A stretch of DNA of 64,000 nt from Eledone cirrhosa. Taxonomy: Eukaryota. The stretch spans positions 399,280,001 through 399,344,000 of the forward strand of contig OZ024741.1 in the NCBI GenBank assembly GCA_964016885.1, written 5' to 3'. This document shows, in pieces, positions 27,012-40,560 of this stretch (its first letter is position 1; the number at the start of each line of letters is the position of its first letter). The translations under genes were made by a program, and so were the position numbers. The notes under the pieces are model-generated. The model searched no databases, was not told the DNA's origin, and saw only the letters and a list, made by a program, of their open reading frames with translations.

Positions 27012-27210
27012 GGCGGTGGATTGGCAGTATCGGTAGAGGGTCGGATACTATACTTTGAAGCATAGAGTTACGGTCCTTGCCATTCTGAGTTCAAATCCCG
27101 CCGGGGTTAACTTTGCTTTTCATCCTTACGTGGTCGATAAAATAAAGTACCAGTAATGCGCTGGGTAATTGCTGGCCTTGTGCCAAAAAGTAGAAACAAT
27201 TATTATTATT
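27012..27210 (+). mobile_element. Full-length Meta-like SINE in (ATT)n
   Basis: Consensus match from head to tail. Confidence 0.85.
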
Positions 27211-27590
27211 ATTTGAAAAGGAAAATCAGGGTAGAGAGGGAAGTGCTCTCTTCCCAGCATTTTGTTGAAAGATGGGTGAGAGAGGCAAGAATGGCCCGAG
27301 TGAATGGGCCTACTCTGAGTATGTGCCTGTAAATTGAAGGTGTGAAACTGGGAGAGGGCACTTGCCCTGGTGATCAGGGTCACCGTGGCTTTTTTTAATG
27401 GGATTTCTCAACGATGGTCCTCGGAAGTCTCCCCCCTTTTGGGGAATTTTTCATTGTTTCTTTTTTGTTTCATCCTCTGTTTTTGTGTTTTTTTACACGC
27501 AGAAATGCCCATTTGTACCGTCCTGTTTTGTCCTGTACTGTCCTTAATGTCTCACTTTGTGTAAACCCTTGTGGTTAATAAAGAAAACAT
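27211..27590 (+). mobile_element. 3' end of a LINE, possibly L1/Tx1-like
   Basis: ORF end LKRKIRVEREVLSSQHFVERW.., T-rich 3' UTR, AATAAA, then (ATT)n; diverged reverse copy at 37441-37675. Confidence 0.5.
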
Positions 27591-27610
27591 TATTATTATT
27601 ATTATTATTA

Positions 27611-29055
27611 CAGCTGCATTTATCTTGCTTTATGTTCATACGAGTTATTACCAAGTCCCAACCAGTGACCTCAAGAGACAACAAGGTCCGCCATGTTCAA
27701 GAAAGAACATACATACTCACACATGCATCTTTAGGTGTTTAGACTTGTGATGTACTTATATTGACAGAATCTTCCTTAGTATATGGGCAGTTCCCATTAG
27801 TACTATCTTTTGTATTTCTCCTATACGCGGGTTTCCTGGGATTTGCGATAAGTAATCATTAGACCCCTTAGGTATCATTCCTAGAGCGCCTACAACCACT
27901 GGTATTGTTTTAGTTCTCAATTTCCACATTTTTCCAATTTCTATCTCTAGGTCCTTATACTTGCTAAATTTTTCAAATGTTTTTATAGATACATTCTTGT
28001 CTATTGGAACGGACATATCAATTAGCAGGCATACCCTTTTTTTAAAGTCCTTCAATATTATATCAGGTCTATTTGCATCTATTTTTCGGTCTGTTTGGAT
28101 GCTAAAGTTCCACAAGATTGCGATGTGATCTTTTTCAAGTATGGGAGGTGGTTGATGCTCCCACCAATTCTTTTGATGGGGCAGGTCAAAATGCTTACAC
28201 ATTATCCAATGTATGTATTGTGCAGCTCTGTCATGCCTGTTTAGGTATTCGGTTGGAGCTATAGGACTACACATTGAAATTATATGGTCAATGGTCTCTG
28301 GTTGTTTTTTACATACACGGCATAATGGGCTGCATCCATTTTTTATTATGTTGGCTTGGTAATTTTTTGTTGGCAGACACTGATCTTGTGCTGATATAAT
28401 CAGTCCTTCAGTCTCCGATTTCAGTCCAGAGGATGCCAACCACTGATCGGTTAAAGATTTGTCAACATCAGGATTGTTAGCTCGTTCTGGGTATTTTCCA
28501 TACAGAGGCTTTTCTTGCCATTTCTTAGCCAGTTTCTGTAGCAGTTCTTTCTTTGCAGTTACTTTTACCTGCTTTGCTTTTTCTGTGTTTTCCATTTCAG
28601 CAGTAAATGGGACTTCTGAAATTTGTAGTCCATTACTGTATCTTTGTGCATCTTTTGTAATGGAGTATGATCTTTTGATGCTTTCGTGTTTCAAAACGAG
28701 TTTGATCATCCAATCATGTGATTCCCTTAGATATGTAGATAATCCAATTGTTGCAGTTTTCAACGCAATGTCTAACTGGATTAACCCACGCCCTCCTTCT
28801 TCCTAGGGAGATATATTCTATCTGTATCTGCCTTAGAGTGATGCATTCTGCGCATGGTTAAGAATTTTCGAATTTTTCTATCGAGCCTACGGATCTCTGT
28901 GCTTGACCAGTTGATGACATTGTAACTGTAGGTTACTACTGATATGGCATCGATCCTATTCCTTGCACTCAATTCCGTTCTTAAGATTGCTCTTACTCTG
29001 CGGTAAAATTCCTTCCTTATCCTTTCCCTCATTGTCGAGTGCTTGATTCGTCTCC
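27611..29055 (-). mobile_element. 5'-truncated R4/Dong-like element of a second family (copy C)
   Basis: CRVCKKQPETIDHIISMC zinc knuckle, RHD, RPD and LID..K..KY RLE motifs; flanked by (ATT)n. Confidence 0.88.
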
Positions 29056-29071
29056 TTTACAAACACCTAGA

Positions 29072-29136
<65 letters not shown>

Positions 29137-29156
29137 CTTGAATCTCAGTCATTGAG

Positions 29157-29223
<67 letters not shown>

Positions 29224-29235
29224 TTATTGTTATTA

Positions 29236-32200
29236 CTCCTTGAGTCTCAGTCATTGATGTTAGTTAACTGGAAAGTTTGTTGGAATGAATATCAAGCCAC
29301 TACCTGCAGCCTCAGATATTCAGGACGTATCGGAGGGTTCTTGCTGTTCCCAGCAAGCATGCCTTTTGAAGCGTTCCAAAAAGCGTGAAGGGGCCGATTT
29401 TCTTTAACCATCCCTGGAAACTTTTGGAGATAGTCCCCAGTGCGCCTATGACAATCGGGATCACTTTGACTTCATGGCATTTCCAAATCCTTTTTACCTC
29501 CCACTTTAAGTCCTGGTATCGGTTAATTTTCTCCCTCTCCTTCTCTTGCACTCTCGTGTCGAATGGGCAGGCCACATCCACAATCAGACACGATCTTTTT
29601 TCTTTGTCCACAACCACCAGGTCAGGTCTATTGTATTCCAGTTTCTTGTCCGTCTGTATCCTAAAATCCCACAGCACCTTCACCTGATCGTTCTCTATCA
29701 CCGCCTCTGGCTTATGCTCATACCATTTCTCAGAATGTGGTAAATTGTTTACTTTGCACAGGTGCCAGTGGATCACCCTGCCCATCACACCATGTCTCCA
29801 GCCATTATAGTGGGTCTGGGCTAGGTGTTTACACTCGGATACAATGTGAGCCACAGTCTCCTCTCTCTCTCCACAGATCCTGCACAGTGGGCTAGCCTCC
29901 TCCTTGTAGATATGGTGTTTCAACCACTTCGTTTTGAGGGCCTGCTCCTGCGCAGCCATTAACATTCCTTCTGTAGCCTTTTTAAGGTCTCCTCTTTTCA
30001 ACCAGTTCCATGTCTGTGGATCTCTAAATTCAGTTTTCTCAAAGAAGGTACTATGAAGGGATTTTTCCTGAAGGCTGCTCTTTCTCCTTGATGTTATTTC
30101 CTCCTTGGACATCCCCTGGCCTATTGTCCCCTCCTTCAGTACATTTCTGAGCATTGGCTCCTTACTATTAGTCACGTATTTGTGTAGGTTGTTTTGTTTT
30201 TCTCCATCTGAACACAGTCCTCTCTGCTGATAAGACATCTTCCACCCTCAGATCTCCTTAAGTAGAGCCTATCGACATCACTCCTCTTGTGGAACATGTT
30301 GTAGATAGTCAATAGCTTCCTAGTCTTCCTATCCATTTCTTTTTGTTCAGCAACATTCCATCTCAGAATTCCCGCACTGTACCTAATAATAGACACAGCT
30401 CGGGAATTTACTGCGCTTATGGCATTTCTGCTGTTCAGATGTGACTTCAATACGCTCCTTACTCTCCGAATGTATTCAGTTCTTAACAATTCCTTCTTTT
30501 TTTGTTCTTTATGCCATCAGCCTCCAGAACGCCCAAATACTTGTATCCTTCCTCAGAGTCAATTTCCTTTATCATCTCACCTGTTGGTATCTGGATTCCG
30601 TTACTTCTGTTCAACCTACCCCTCCTCATCACAATGACTCCACACTTACTAATACCAAATTGCATACATATATCACTGCTGAAAATACGGACAGTGTCAA
30701 CAAGCACATCCAACTCCTTCTCACTCTTCCCGAAGAGCTTAAGATCGTCCATGAAGAGGAGGTGATTGATGGTAAGCCCTCCCTTTCCCAACCTGTATCC
30801 TGCTCTCACTTTTCGCAGTACACTGGTCAGGGGCATCAGGGCAAGGACAAACAACAGAGGGGACAGGCTATCTCCCTGGAAGATACCTCTCTTGATCTTC
30901 ACGCTTCCCAAGGATTCTCCAGCTGATGTCAACTCTGTTTCCCAGGACCTCATACTTTTGCCCAACAACTGTCTGATGTTATCTGCCACCTTGAAGATCT
31001 CCAGGCTTTTTGTGATCCAAGAATGAGGCACCATGTCAAATGCCTTTCTGTAGTCTATCCATCCCATGGCAAGATCAGTGTGTCTCCTCTTGCAATTCCC
31101 CATTACCATCTTATCAATAAGTAACTGGTCCTTTGTACCACGTGACTTCTTTCGGCATCCTTTCTGTTCGTCCGGTAACAAGTTGTTTGTGTGGAGGTGA
31201 TGGTAGATTTCCTCAGACACAATGCTCGTCAACAGTTTCCACATTACGGACAGACATGTGATAGGTCTATAGTTGGTAACATCATTACCCTTGATTCGGT
31301 CTTTCATTATCAGAACTGTGGTACCTTTTGTCAACCACTCTGGTACCTCACCTGACATCAAGCAGTCATTGAACATGGTTGTCAGTTTCGGGTGGAGGGA
31401 TGTTATATTTTTAATCCAATACCCCTGCACACCATCTGGGCCTGGTGATTTCCAGTTGGTTAGTTTTTTGGCCTGCCCTTTAAGAGTTTCAACTGTGATA
31501 CTCAAATCAGTTTGTTGGTGTGCCTGTTCACTGAACTCCCTCTGTACTGTCTCAATCCACCCTGCCTGGTCATTATGTCTAACATCCTGCTCCCATATTC
31601 CTCTCCAGAATGTTTTAGTTTGTTCCGCCTCAGGGATCAAGTCGTTGCCTCTTTCTTTCCCTTCAAGCTGTCCAAACAGCATCTTCTGGTTGTTGTCGAA
31701 CATGCGGTTCTGTTTATACTGACTGACTCTGTTCTTGTATCACCTGATTTTTGCACTCTTTGCTACAATGCGTTGCTTCAGTTCCTCTATGATCATATTT
31801 AGCTTTTTCCTCCTAGTTTTGTACTTTATTTCCAGTCTATTTTTAGTGTCTATGCATTTTAGTGTCCCATTCAGTAGGGACTCAAGCTTTCCAATGTCAT
31901 TTCACATTTCCCTGATTTGACCACTCAGTCGTTTCTTCCACCAAGGCTCTGCTCTTTCTTGTCTGTTGTTTCCTCTCGCTTTTATACCAAGTAGTTTCCT
32001 CACCATATTTGCTGTTGCTTTGAGGATATTGTTGCACTGGTGAAGGCTCCTCGCCTCAAGGTATGGGATGACTTTGTTTACCTTAGTTGTTGTTTCTTTT
32101 AACTTTTTCCTGTCTACAAATCTTAGGTTCATAGGTCTCCCACTATCATTGTTCAATTCATCTACCACTAAATTTAGGATATCAACCAAATCTTGTCCTA

Positions 32201-32965
32201 GCCCGTCAGCATTCATCTCCTCAGTGGCCGTATCTCTGTTCCAGGTATTATTTATCTCAGTATTCAGATCATTGTCTGCTTCGGGTGGTTCCTCCGTTCT
32301 CTCGACCTCTTCACCTTCATTTCCCACTGGCTCGTTTGCCTGGCATACTCCACCCTCCATCTCTAAGCTAATCTCTTTGCTCAGTTCCTCCAGTTCCAGC
32401 TCGCTTATCCACCCATTAGTTCTTATTACCCGAGCCTGCCCAGCCAATTTATGTTCATCTAATTTAAATAGACCAATCTCGTTCCAGATGTTATGAATCC
32501 GTTTCCTATAGCCCCTCTCCTTAGGGTTACTTTTCAGGTAACATTGCATAACAGTTCTATTCAATTCTTTCGTCCAGTTGGTTCTGGTCCCTTTCCTTCT
32601 TCCGACACCAGCAGTATTTGGTTGACAGCCAGGTCCCTGCTGCTGGACCAGGGAGCACCTGTTGGGTGAGAGTCTGTCACATGACGTTCTAGTCTCCATT
32701 TCACCGTTATTCGAACTGTTTAGGTTCGACATTTAAACACTCTTATCGAGGATTGGCGAATGTATGGTTACATAACCACCGGTGGATTCACCGTCTCCGG
32801 TGGTTGCGTCACTCCACGTGGCTCTTGTGTGGCATTATCACGCTGTAGACGAACACAAATAAACAAACAAACAAACAAACAGGCAGAAAATAACCCAAAA
32901 ATGAATAAGCATAAGTTTCATTGTAATGTAGTGTTCGAATGTCTGACTTAGTTTTTCCCTTCCTT
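29236..32965 (-). mobile_element. Full-length R4/Dong-like RLE retrotransposon (copy B) in (ATT)n
   Basis: Single original ORF 32732-29312 (~1140 codons); 3' UTR ends in (TAA)n. Confidence 0.92.
29312..32732 (-). pseudogene. RT-RLE polyprotein disrupted by two TGA stops and two frameshifts
   Basis: SPGPDG, YRPITCL, GIFQGDSLSP, FMDD, CRICGEREETVAHIVSEC and RPD motifs; TGA near 31902 and 31740; frameshifts near 30490 and 30190. Confidence 0.88.
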
Positions 32966-33099
32966 TCTCTGTCCGTCCGTTTGTTTCTCTCTTCATTCTT
33001 ATTTTCTTTACGTTTTTTTGTTGTTGTTGTTGTTGTTGTTGCTGTGCTGCTTTGATTTTGATTTTTGTTTTTTCTTTTGAGTCTATCTATATATTTTGA

Positions 33100-33626
33100 T
33101 GCCATCCTCTTTTTTAGTAGGAATTCTACAATGTGGTGGCGGTGCTGTGCTAGCAGCAACTAGCAGGAGGTAGTGGGAGAGAATAGCGGCGGTAGCGATA
33201 CTGAGGCAGTGGTGGTGGTGATGTGGTCGTATTACTGTAGTGATGGTGTCCTCGTTTAGTAGGAATTCCACAATGTGGTGGTGGTGCTGTGATAGCAGCA
33301 ACTAGCAGGAGCTAGTGGGAGAGAATAGCGGCGGTAGCGATACTGAGGCAGTGGTGGTGGTGATGTGGTCGTATTACTGTAGTGATGGTGTTGTAGTTGG
33401 GGTATAAATTTGAGTCGATTTGACCAGAGTTTTCATCGTGGTAGTGGTGGTGGTATTGGTGGTGAAATAATAATCTGTAGTCGTTTAGTAGTGGTGGTAA
33501 TGTGGTCGTATTACTGTAGTGATGGTGTTGTAGTTGGGTATAAATTTGAGTCGATTTGACCAGAGTTTTCATCGTGGTAGTGGTGGTGGTATTGGTGGTG
33601 AAATAATAATCTGTAGTCGTTTAGTC
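33100..33626. repeat. Two successive tandem duplications (~120-140 bp units), GGT-rich
   Basis: The TAGTAGGAATTC.. block occurs twice and the GTGGTCGTATTACTGTAGTGATGGTG.. block recurs. Confidence 0.75.
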
Positions 33627-34472
33627 ATTTTGCCATTCTCGACTCCAACATTCCTGATCCAAAATTAAATATTAATCTTGTTTATCAATATTGTCTAGTG
33701 ATATCGCCATCCTCCCCTTTCGTAAGTTAACAGAAGGTAGTGGGGGGATAGCGGTGGTAGCAATGAAGGAGTGGTGGCGGCGGTTATGGGATAGTGGTAG
33801 TAATGATGGATGGGCGGCGGCGGCGGCGGCGGTGACTGTAGTGATGGCGTTGTCGTTACTGATGTCCGTTCGGTGAATCTATGGGGTTAGTCGCGTATAT
33901 GTGTTGACATAAATTCCCTTAATGTTGGAATTAAACATTTTGTTAAAACTTGGGACAATAATAATAGTAATTATTATTATCATTATTATGTTGAGATTGG
34001 TTGTGGTGGTGGTGAAATTGCCGTTATCTGGCTGTTGTGTTTAGCGTACACAGAGGGGTGATGGGGTAGGTGGTGTATCTAGTTTCTGGTGTTGGTGAAA
34101 TTGCTGTTGTTTGGCTGTTCGATATAGTGTAGACAGAGGAGTGGGTGGGGTGGGGGGGGGGGTCTTCTTCTTCCATTTATAGCCATTTTCTATTATTATT
34201 ATTATTATTATTATTATGGACTGGCAGTATCGGTAGAGCGTCGGACAACATCATTTGCAGCATATAGTTACGTCTCATTACTCTCTGAGTTCAAATCTCA
34301 CCAAGGGTAGCTTTGCCTTTCATCCTTAAGGGGTCGAGATAATAAAGTAACAGTAACTTACTGAGGTCGATTTAATCGACAAATTACTGGCCTTGTGCCT
34401 AAATCAGAAACCATTATTATTATTATTGTCTTTTATCTCATCCTTCAGTTTTGTTTCCACATCTTGCCAGCT

Positions 34473-34692
34473 GTCTTCCCAACACCTGAGGCAGAAAATA
34501 CCAGGTGTCTTCCCAACACCTGAGGCAGAAAATACCAGGTGTCTTCCCAACACCTGAGGCAGAAAATACCAGGTGTCTTCCCAACACCTGTGGCAGAGAA
34601 TACCAGGTGTCTTCCCAACACCTGAGGCAGAGAATATCAGGTGTCTTCCCATCACCTGAGGCAGAGAATACCAGGTGTCTTCCCATCACCTG
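34473..34692. repeat. 34-bp minisatellite (GTCTTCCCAACACCTGAGGCAGAAAATACCAGGT)n
   Basis: About 6.5 tandem copies. Confidence 0.9.
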
Positions 34693-34844
34693 ATTGTTCA
34701 CATCACATACTTTACACAATTACATGTCATTTACTTTATACATACATGTGTATATTACCTGTTTACAATCCTATTTACCGCAGAATGGTGTTCAACCATA
34801 TAAGAGTGCTCAATTATTTACAATATAATTATGGAATATAATCT

Positions 34845-35034
34845 AATAATTGTTTTTACTTTTGGCACAAGGCCAGCAATTACCCAGTGTATTACTGGTA
34901 CTTTATTTTATCGACCACGTAAGGATGAAAGGCAAAGTTAACCTTGGCGAGATTTGAACTCAGAATGGCAAGGGCCGTAACTCTATACAGCAAAGCCTGG
35001 CGTCCGACTCTCTACCGATACCGCCCATCCACCG
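34845..35034 (-). mobile_element. Full-length Meta-like SINE with TSD GGAATATAA(T/G)CTAATAA
   Basis: Consensus match and flanking direct repeat. Confidence 0.85.
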
Positions 35035-35149
35035 GAATATAAGCTAATAAAGTTAAGTAAAACAATTACAGGTGTGCTAAACTATAGGAGGGAGTGGGGG
35101 GAGGGTAGTTAAATAGGTGTGATAAATTGAAAGGAAGGAGTAGGGAAGG

Positions 35150-36260
35150 GAAGTGAACAGGTGTGATAAACTACAGAGAGTAGGAGGAGGGGAGTGAACA
35201 GGTGTGATAAACTAGAGAGAGTAGGAGGAGGGGAGTGAACAGGTGTGATAAACTACAGAGAGTGGGAGGAGGGGAGTGAACAGGTGTGATAAACTAGAGA
35301 GAGTAGGAGGAGGGGAGTGAACAGGTGTGATAAACTACAGAGAGTGGGAGGAGGGGAGTGAACAGGTGTGATAAACTAGAGAGAGTGGGAGGAAGGGAGT
35401 GAACAGGTGTGATAAACTAGAGAGAGTGGGAGGAGGGGAGTGAACAGGTGTGATAAACTACAGAGAGTGGGAGGAGGGGAGTGAACAGGTGTGATAAACT
35501 ACAGAGAGTAGGAGGAGGGGAGTGAACAGGTGTGATAAACTAGAGAGAGTGGGAGGAGGGGAGTGAACAGGTGTGATAAACTACAGAGAGTGGGAGGAGG
35601 GGAGTGAACAGGTGTGATAAACTACAGAGAGTAGGAGGAGGGGAGTGAACAGGTGTGATAAACTACAGAGAGTAGGAGGAGGGGAGTGAACAGGTGTGAT
35701 AAACTACAGAGAGTGGGAGGAGGGGAGTGAACAGGTGTGATAAACTAGAGAGAGTGGGAGTGGGAGGAGGGAAGTGAACATGTGTGATAAACTAGAGAGA
35801 GTGGGAGGAGAGGAGTGAACAGGTGTGATAAACTAGAGAGAGTGGGAGGAGGGGAGTGAACAGGTGTGATAAACTAGAGAGAGTGGGAGTGGGAGGAGGG
35901 AAGTGAACATGTGTGATAAACTAGAGAGAGTGGGAGGAGGGGAGTGAACAGGTGTGATAAACTACAGAGAGTGGGAGTGGGAGGAGGGAAGTGAACAGGT
36001 GTGATAAACTAGAGAGAGTGGGAGGAGGGGAGTGAACAGGTGTGATAAACTAGAGAGAGTGGGAGGAGGGGAGAGAACAGGTGTGATAAACTAGAGAGAG
36101 TGGGAGGAGGGCAGTGAACAGGTGTGATAAACTACAGAGAGTGGGAGGAGGGGAGTGAACAGGTGTGATAAACTAGAGAGAGTGGGAGGAGGGCAGTGAA
36201 CAGGTGTGATAAACTAGAGAGAGTGGGAGGAGGGCAGTGAACAGGTGTGATAAACTGTAG
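35150..36260. repeat. 41-bp purine-rich minisatellite (GAACAGGTGTGATAAACTACAGAGAGTGGGAGGAGGGGAGT)n
   Basis: About 27 highly similar tandem copies. Confidence 0.95.
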
Positions 36261-36850
36261 GAGAGGGTGAGAGGTGAGAAACAAATTGATAAAAATGCTA
36301 GAAAGAAGAATGAAGTTAAAGGCAAAGCGAAGAGAAGGTGGAAGATGGATACGACATCCTCCTTCAACATTTCCCTAGTTTATTATACAAGAACCAATGG
36401 ATTAGATAAATAACTTCCATTTAGAGAAAGAGACAGTAGAAATATGTGAGAAGATGATCTCTAGTTATATAAAGCATGCAGAAGATAGGTTGTTTCTAAG
36501 AAACTACTTTGCGTGTTACATAAATCCCTAACTGTGCTTCACAAATCCCTAATTGTGCTTCATAAATCCTTAACAGTGGCCTACACGCTATATTCCTCGC
36601 TTGGTAACTAAAATTTATTAGGGATACTTTAGGAAAAAATCTGTACTTAATGCATGGAGTATGTGTAAGAGGAAGTTTGATGGCGAAAGTTAGTTTGAGA
36701 TGTGATTTGACCAAGTAGTTTATATGTTATTATTTTACATTTTAGCTCTTTTAATTATATGTTTTACTATAGATATTCATTAATTATTTTGTCTAATTAA
36801 AAACAACATTAGCGTGTCACAATATATTATATATTATATTCTAACTCTAA

Positions 36851-37039
36851 GGGCGGTGGATTGGCAGTATCGGTAGAGAGTCGGACGCCATGCTTTCCAG
36901 CATAGTTACGTCCCTTTACGGTCTGAGTTCAAATCCCGCCGGGGTTAACTTTACCTTTCATCCTTACGGAGTCGATAAAATAAAGTACCAGTAATGCACT
37001 GGGTAATTGCTGGCCTTGTGCTAAAAGTAGAACAATTAT
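36851..37039 (+). mobile_element. Full-length Meta-like SINE
   Basis: Consensus match. Confidence 0.85.
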
Positions 37040-37251
37040 GTTCTAATTCATTCTTACAGAATATTGGTTTATCTTCACATATTTACTTTTTATTGTCTGA
37101 ATGAATGGAACATGGTGCCAAGTCAAGATACAACGACAACAATAACAACAATATATTGTTTTCTTTCTGAACATGGCGGAAGATGGAGGTCACTGGTTGT
37201 GACTTGGTGATAACACGTAGGAAAATATAGCAGAATAAAAATGATGATGGT

Positions 37252-38316
37252 AATAATTGTTTCTACGTTAGGCACAAGGCCAGCAAATACCCAGTACATT
37301 ACTGGTACTTTATTTTATCGACCCCGTAAGGATGAAAGGCAAAGTTAACCTCGGCGGGATTTGAACTCAGACTGTAAAGGGACGTAACTATGCTAGAAAG
37401 CATGGCGTCCAACCCTCTACCGATACTGCCAATCCACCGCAGCGATTTCTGTATTAACTACATAGGGCTTACATGAAGAAAACATTAAGGACGGTACAGG
37501 CAGAAACAGGACGGAAAAGGTGTGGGTTTTAGTGTGTAAAAAGTTCATATAACGAGATATAGAAAACATTCAAACAGTAATCCTCCAAAAAAGGGAATTT
37601 CCGAGGGTCATGCATTAAGAAAGGCCACAAAAAGACACGGTCACCCTGACCACCAGAGTAAGTGCCCTCTTCCAAATAATAACAATGATAATTGTTTCTG
37701 CTCTAGCACAAGGCCAACAATTTGAAAGGAAAGGGAAAGTCGATTAAATTGATCCCAGTGCATTACTGGTACTTTATTGTATCGACCTTGTAAGGATCAA
37801 GGGCAAAACTAACCTCGGTGGGATTTAAAATCAGAACGTAAAGGGAGGTAGCTCTATGCTGCAAAGCAAGGTGTGCGACGCCCTACCGATTCTGCCAATC
37901 CACCGAGACTTTACACAAGGGATTGAACCGCTCCATAAGTCAAGCTTGCTGGGAACAGCCAAATATTGAGAAAGGTTCTGGACTACCAGAAGTAGAGAAA
38001 TGACAAAGAATTATATGAGAATGTTGGAGTTACCCTGGGTTACCAGTTGTAGCCTGGTATTCCCTTAAATAATCCTTCCAAAACAACATCAAAGTTGGTC
38101 ATGATAAATAGTCAAATAACAATTATAATTGTTTCTACTTTTGGCACAAGGCCAGCAATTATCCCAGTGCATTACTGGTACTTTATTTTATCGACCTCGT
38201 AACGATGAAAGGCAAAGTTAACCTTGGTGAGATTTGAACTCAGACAATAAAGGGCCGTAACTCTATGCTGCAAAGCATGGCGTCCGACCCTCTACCGATA
38301 CTGCCAATCCACCGCC
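37252..38316 (-). mobile_element. Three Meta-like SINEs (37252-37439, 37690-37904, 38127-38316) interspersed with LINE 3' fragments
   Basis: SINE consensus matches; 37905-38125 on + encodes SLLGTA..LRKVL, an R4-like C-terminus. Confidence 0.8.
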
Positions 38317-38389
38317 ATTATAATAATAATGATTTGTTTTATTTGCGTTTGTTATGGGTTTGTTTCTATTTCGCTTATTGGTGTTTATC

Positions 38390-39065
38390 GTGGTGTTGAT
38401 GATGATGATGGTGATGGTGTTGGTGGTGATGGTGATGGTGATGGTGGTGATGGTGATGGTGATGGTGTTGGTGGTGATGGTGGTGATGGTGATGGTGGTG
38501 TTGGTGATGGGGATGGTGTTGGTGTTTGTGGTGTTGGTGTTGGTGGTGATGGTGGTGTTGGTGATGGTGATGGTGATGGTGTTGGTGCTGGCGTTTGTGG
38601 TGTTGGTGTTGGTGGTGATGGTGGTGTTGGTGATGGTGATGGTGATGGTGTTGGTGGTGATGGTGTTGGTGCTGGTGGTGATGGGGTTGGTGTTTGTGGT
38701 GTTGGTGTTGGTGGTAGTGGTGATGGTGTTGGTGATGCTGATGGTGTTGATGTTTGTGGTGATGGTGTTGGTGGTGATGGTGTTGGTGGTGATGGTGGTG
38801 TTGGTGATGGTGGTGTTGGTGTTGGTGTTGATGGGGTTGGTGATGTTGATGGTGTTGGTGTTTGTGGCGTTGATAATGATGGTGATGATGGTGATGGTGT
38901 GGGTGTTTGTGGTGATGGTGTTGGTGGTGTTGATGATGATGATGGTGTTGATGGTGATGGTGTTGTGGTTGGTGGTGATGGGGTTGGTGATGATGATGGT
39001 GTTGGGGTTTGAGGTAATGGGGTTGGTGATGGTGTTTGCGGTGATGTTGTTGATGATGCTGGTGT
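38390..39065. repeat. (GGT/GAT/GTT)n compound microsatellite
   Basis: Direct reading. Confidence 0.95.
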
Positions 39066-40389
39066 GGAAATGCGTTCGTTCCATACAGACAATATATCAG
39101 CCGGAGGTACATGAGTCGTAGTTGGATGTTTGTGTGGTGGGTTGCTAGAAACACTTGTTTAAGGTCAAATATCTGAATATTAACATTGATTGATGACACA
39201 GCTGTAGTCGGTACATAACTCATCATTCATGGCTGACCTATCGAGATTCTTGGAGTCCTAATACTGCCTACATGAATTCCATGCACACAGATTCACACAC
39301 ACACACACACACAGACATACACAAACACACACACGGACATATATATGCTAGCACACAAATAGATACACATGTATATAAATAAATAAATAAATATATATAT
39401 ATAAAAAAAACGAGAGGAGCTGCGTGGTTGTAAATATAGTTTAAGATGGTAGTATGGACAAAACAAGAGAAGAAAAGAAATCCTTCATCAGCTGTAAATC
39501 GAGATCAGCGCTTAATACAGGACATCTAAAAGCGGTCAGCGGCGCGCCCAAGACCTTTTATATATACATAACATGTCTTCTTGTGACGCTAAACTCCGCC
39601 ATTTGCAGACTGCGCATCAACATGAGATACTTCTCTCCACAAAGTTCGATCATCAGCAGCAGAGTTCAAAGAGCAAATATCAAGTCCAGTCCATAATTTG
39701 ACATAACATGTATATATATATATATATATATATATATGTTTGTATGTATATATATATATATATATATATACATACGTGTATACATAAACACATACACATG
39801 TACATATATATATATGTACACTGTAGTAGTAATTTGGTATATATATATATCCTAGGGTTTAGAGTCTGTCGTCCAGGCTAAATGAGTTGGGTTAAATAAC
39901 CCAACGAAACTTAATTACCAGTAGATATGACTTGTAACTAATTATATATATCTGATAACTGTCACTTCTTTACAGAAGATAGCCATCTCTTCAACGAATT
40001 TCCTGCTACCATCAACCACCACCAACTGCATGCTGCTGATGACTTATTTAGATGACTTATTTGATGACTTTTCTAGAGCCTTCCCATGTGGTTTGGGTGA
40101 GCACTGCGTCCCCCAAAACGAGCTGTTCAGACGCTCACGACTCTGCTGAAATCTGTTGCTATTCAGGTCAGTGCAGCGACATTAGGATAAGACAGGAGCC
40201 ACTCATGTGTAGATGTGTGACTATGTGCTTCTAACCGATTCAGTCTGCACATTCAGTCAACATTGGTCTTGTGAAGAAATATCTGCACATAAAGATGGCA
40301 ATGTTATTTGTTTGTGCAACACATATCACCCACTCCATCTCCATAGCTATGTGTCCAGTGACAAGCCAAGTAAATATAACTGGACATTT

Positions 40390-40560
40390 ATGAACATCGC
40401 ATGTGTTAATTCCTGAGATCCATGGACGAGTTCTCTCCAGCAGTCTCTGTCCCTCATTATCGCTGCCATGTCCTGCGTCTCCAAGAGACTAGTGTCTGTC
40501 CTTAGTGCATCAACATATGTTAACCTCGGTGTGTCCATGCAGGTGTTCCTGCAGGAGCAC
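40390..40560 (-). pseudogene. RTE-like 3' fragment
   Basis: PRLTYVDALRTDT..MRDRDCWRELV resembles the RTE end at 12013. Confidence 0.65.

Noticed and set aside
31738-31904. Two in-frame TGA codons in R4 copy B as recoding
   Set aside because: Copy A has Arg codons (AGA, CGG) at both sites, which fits simple nonsense decay such as CGA>TGA; frameshifts are also present
34473-36260. CRISPR-like arrays
   Set aside because: Head-to-tail repeats with no unique spacers, in a eukaryotic context with no cas genes
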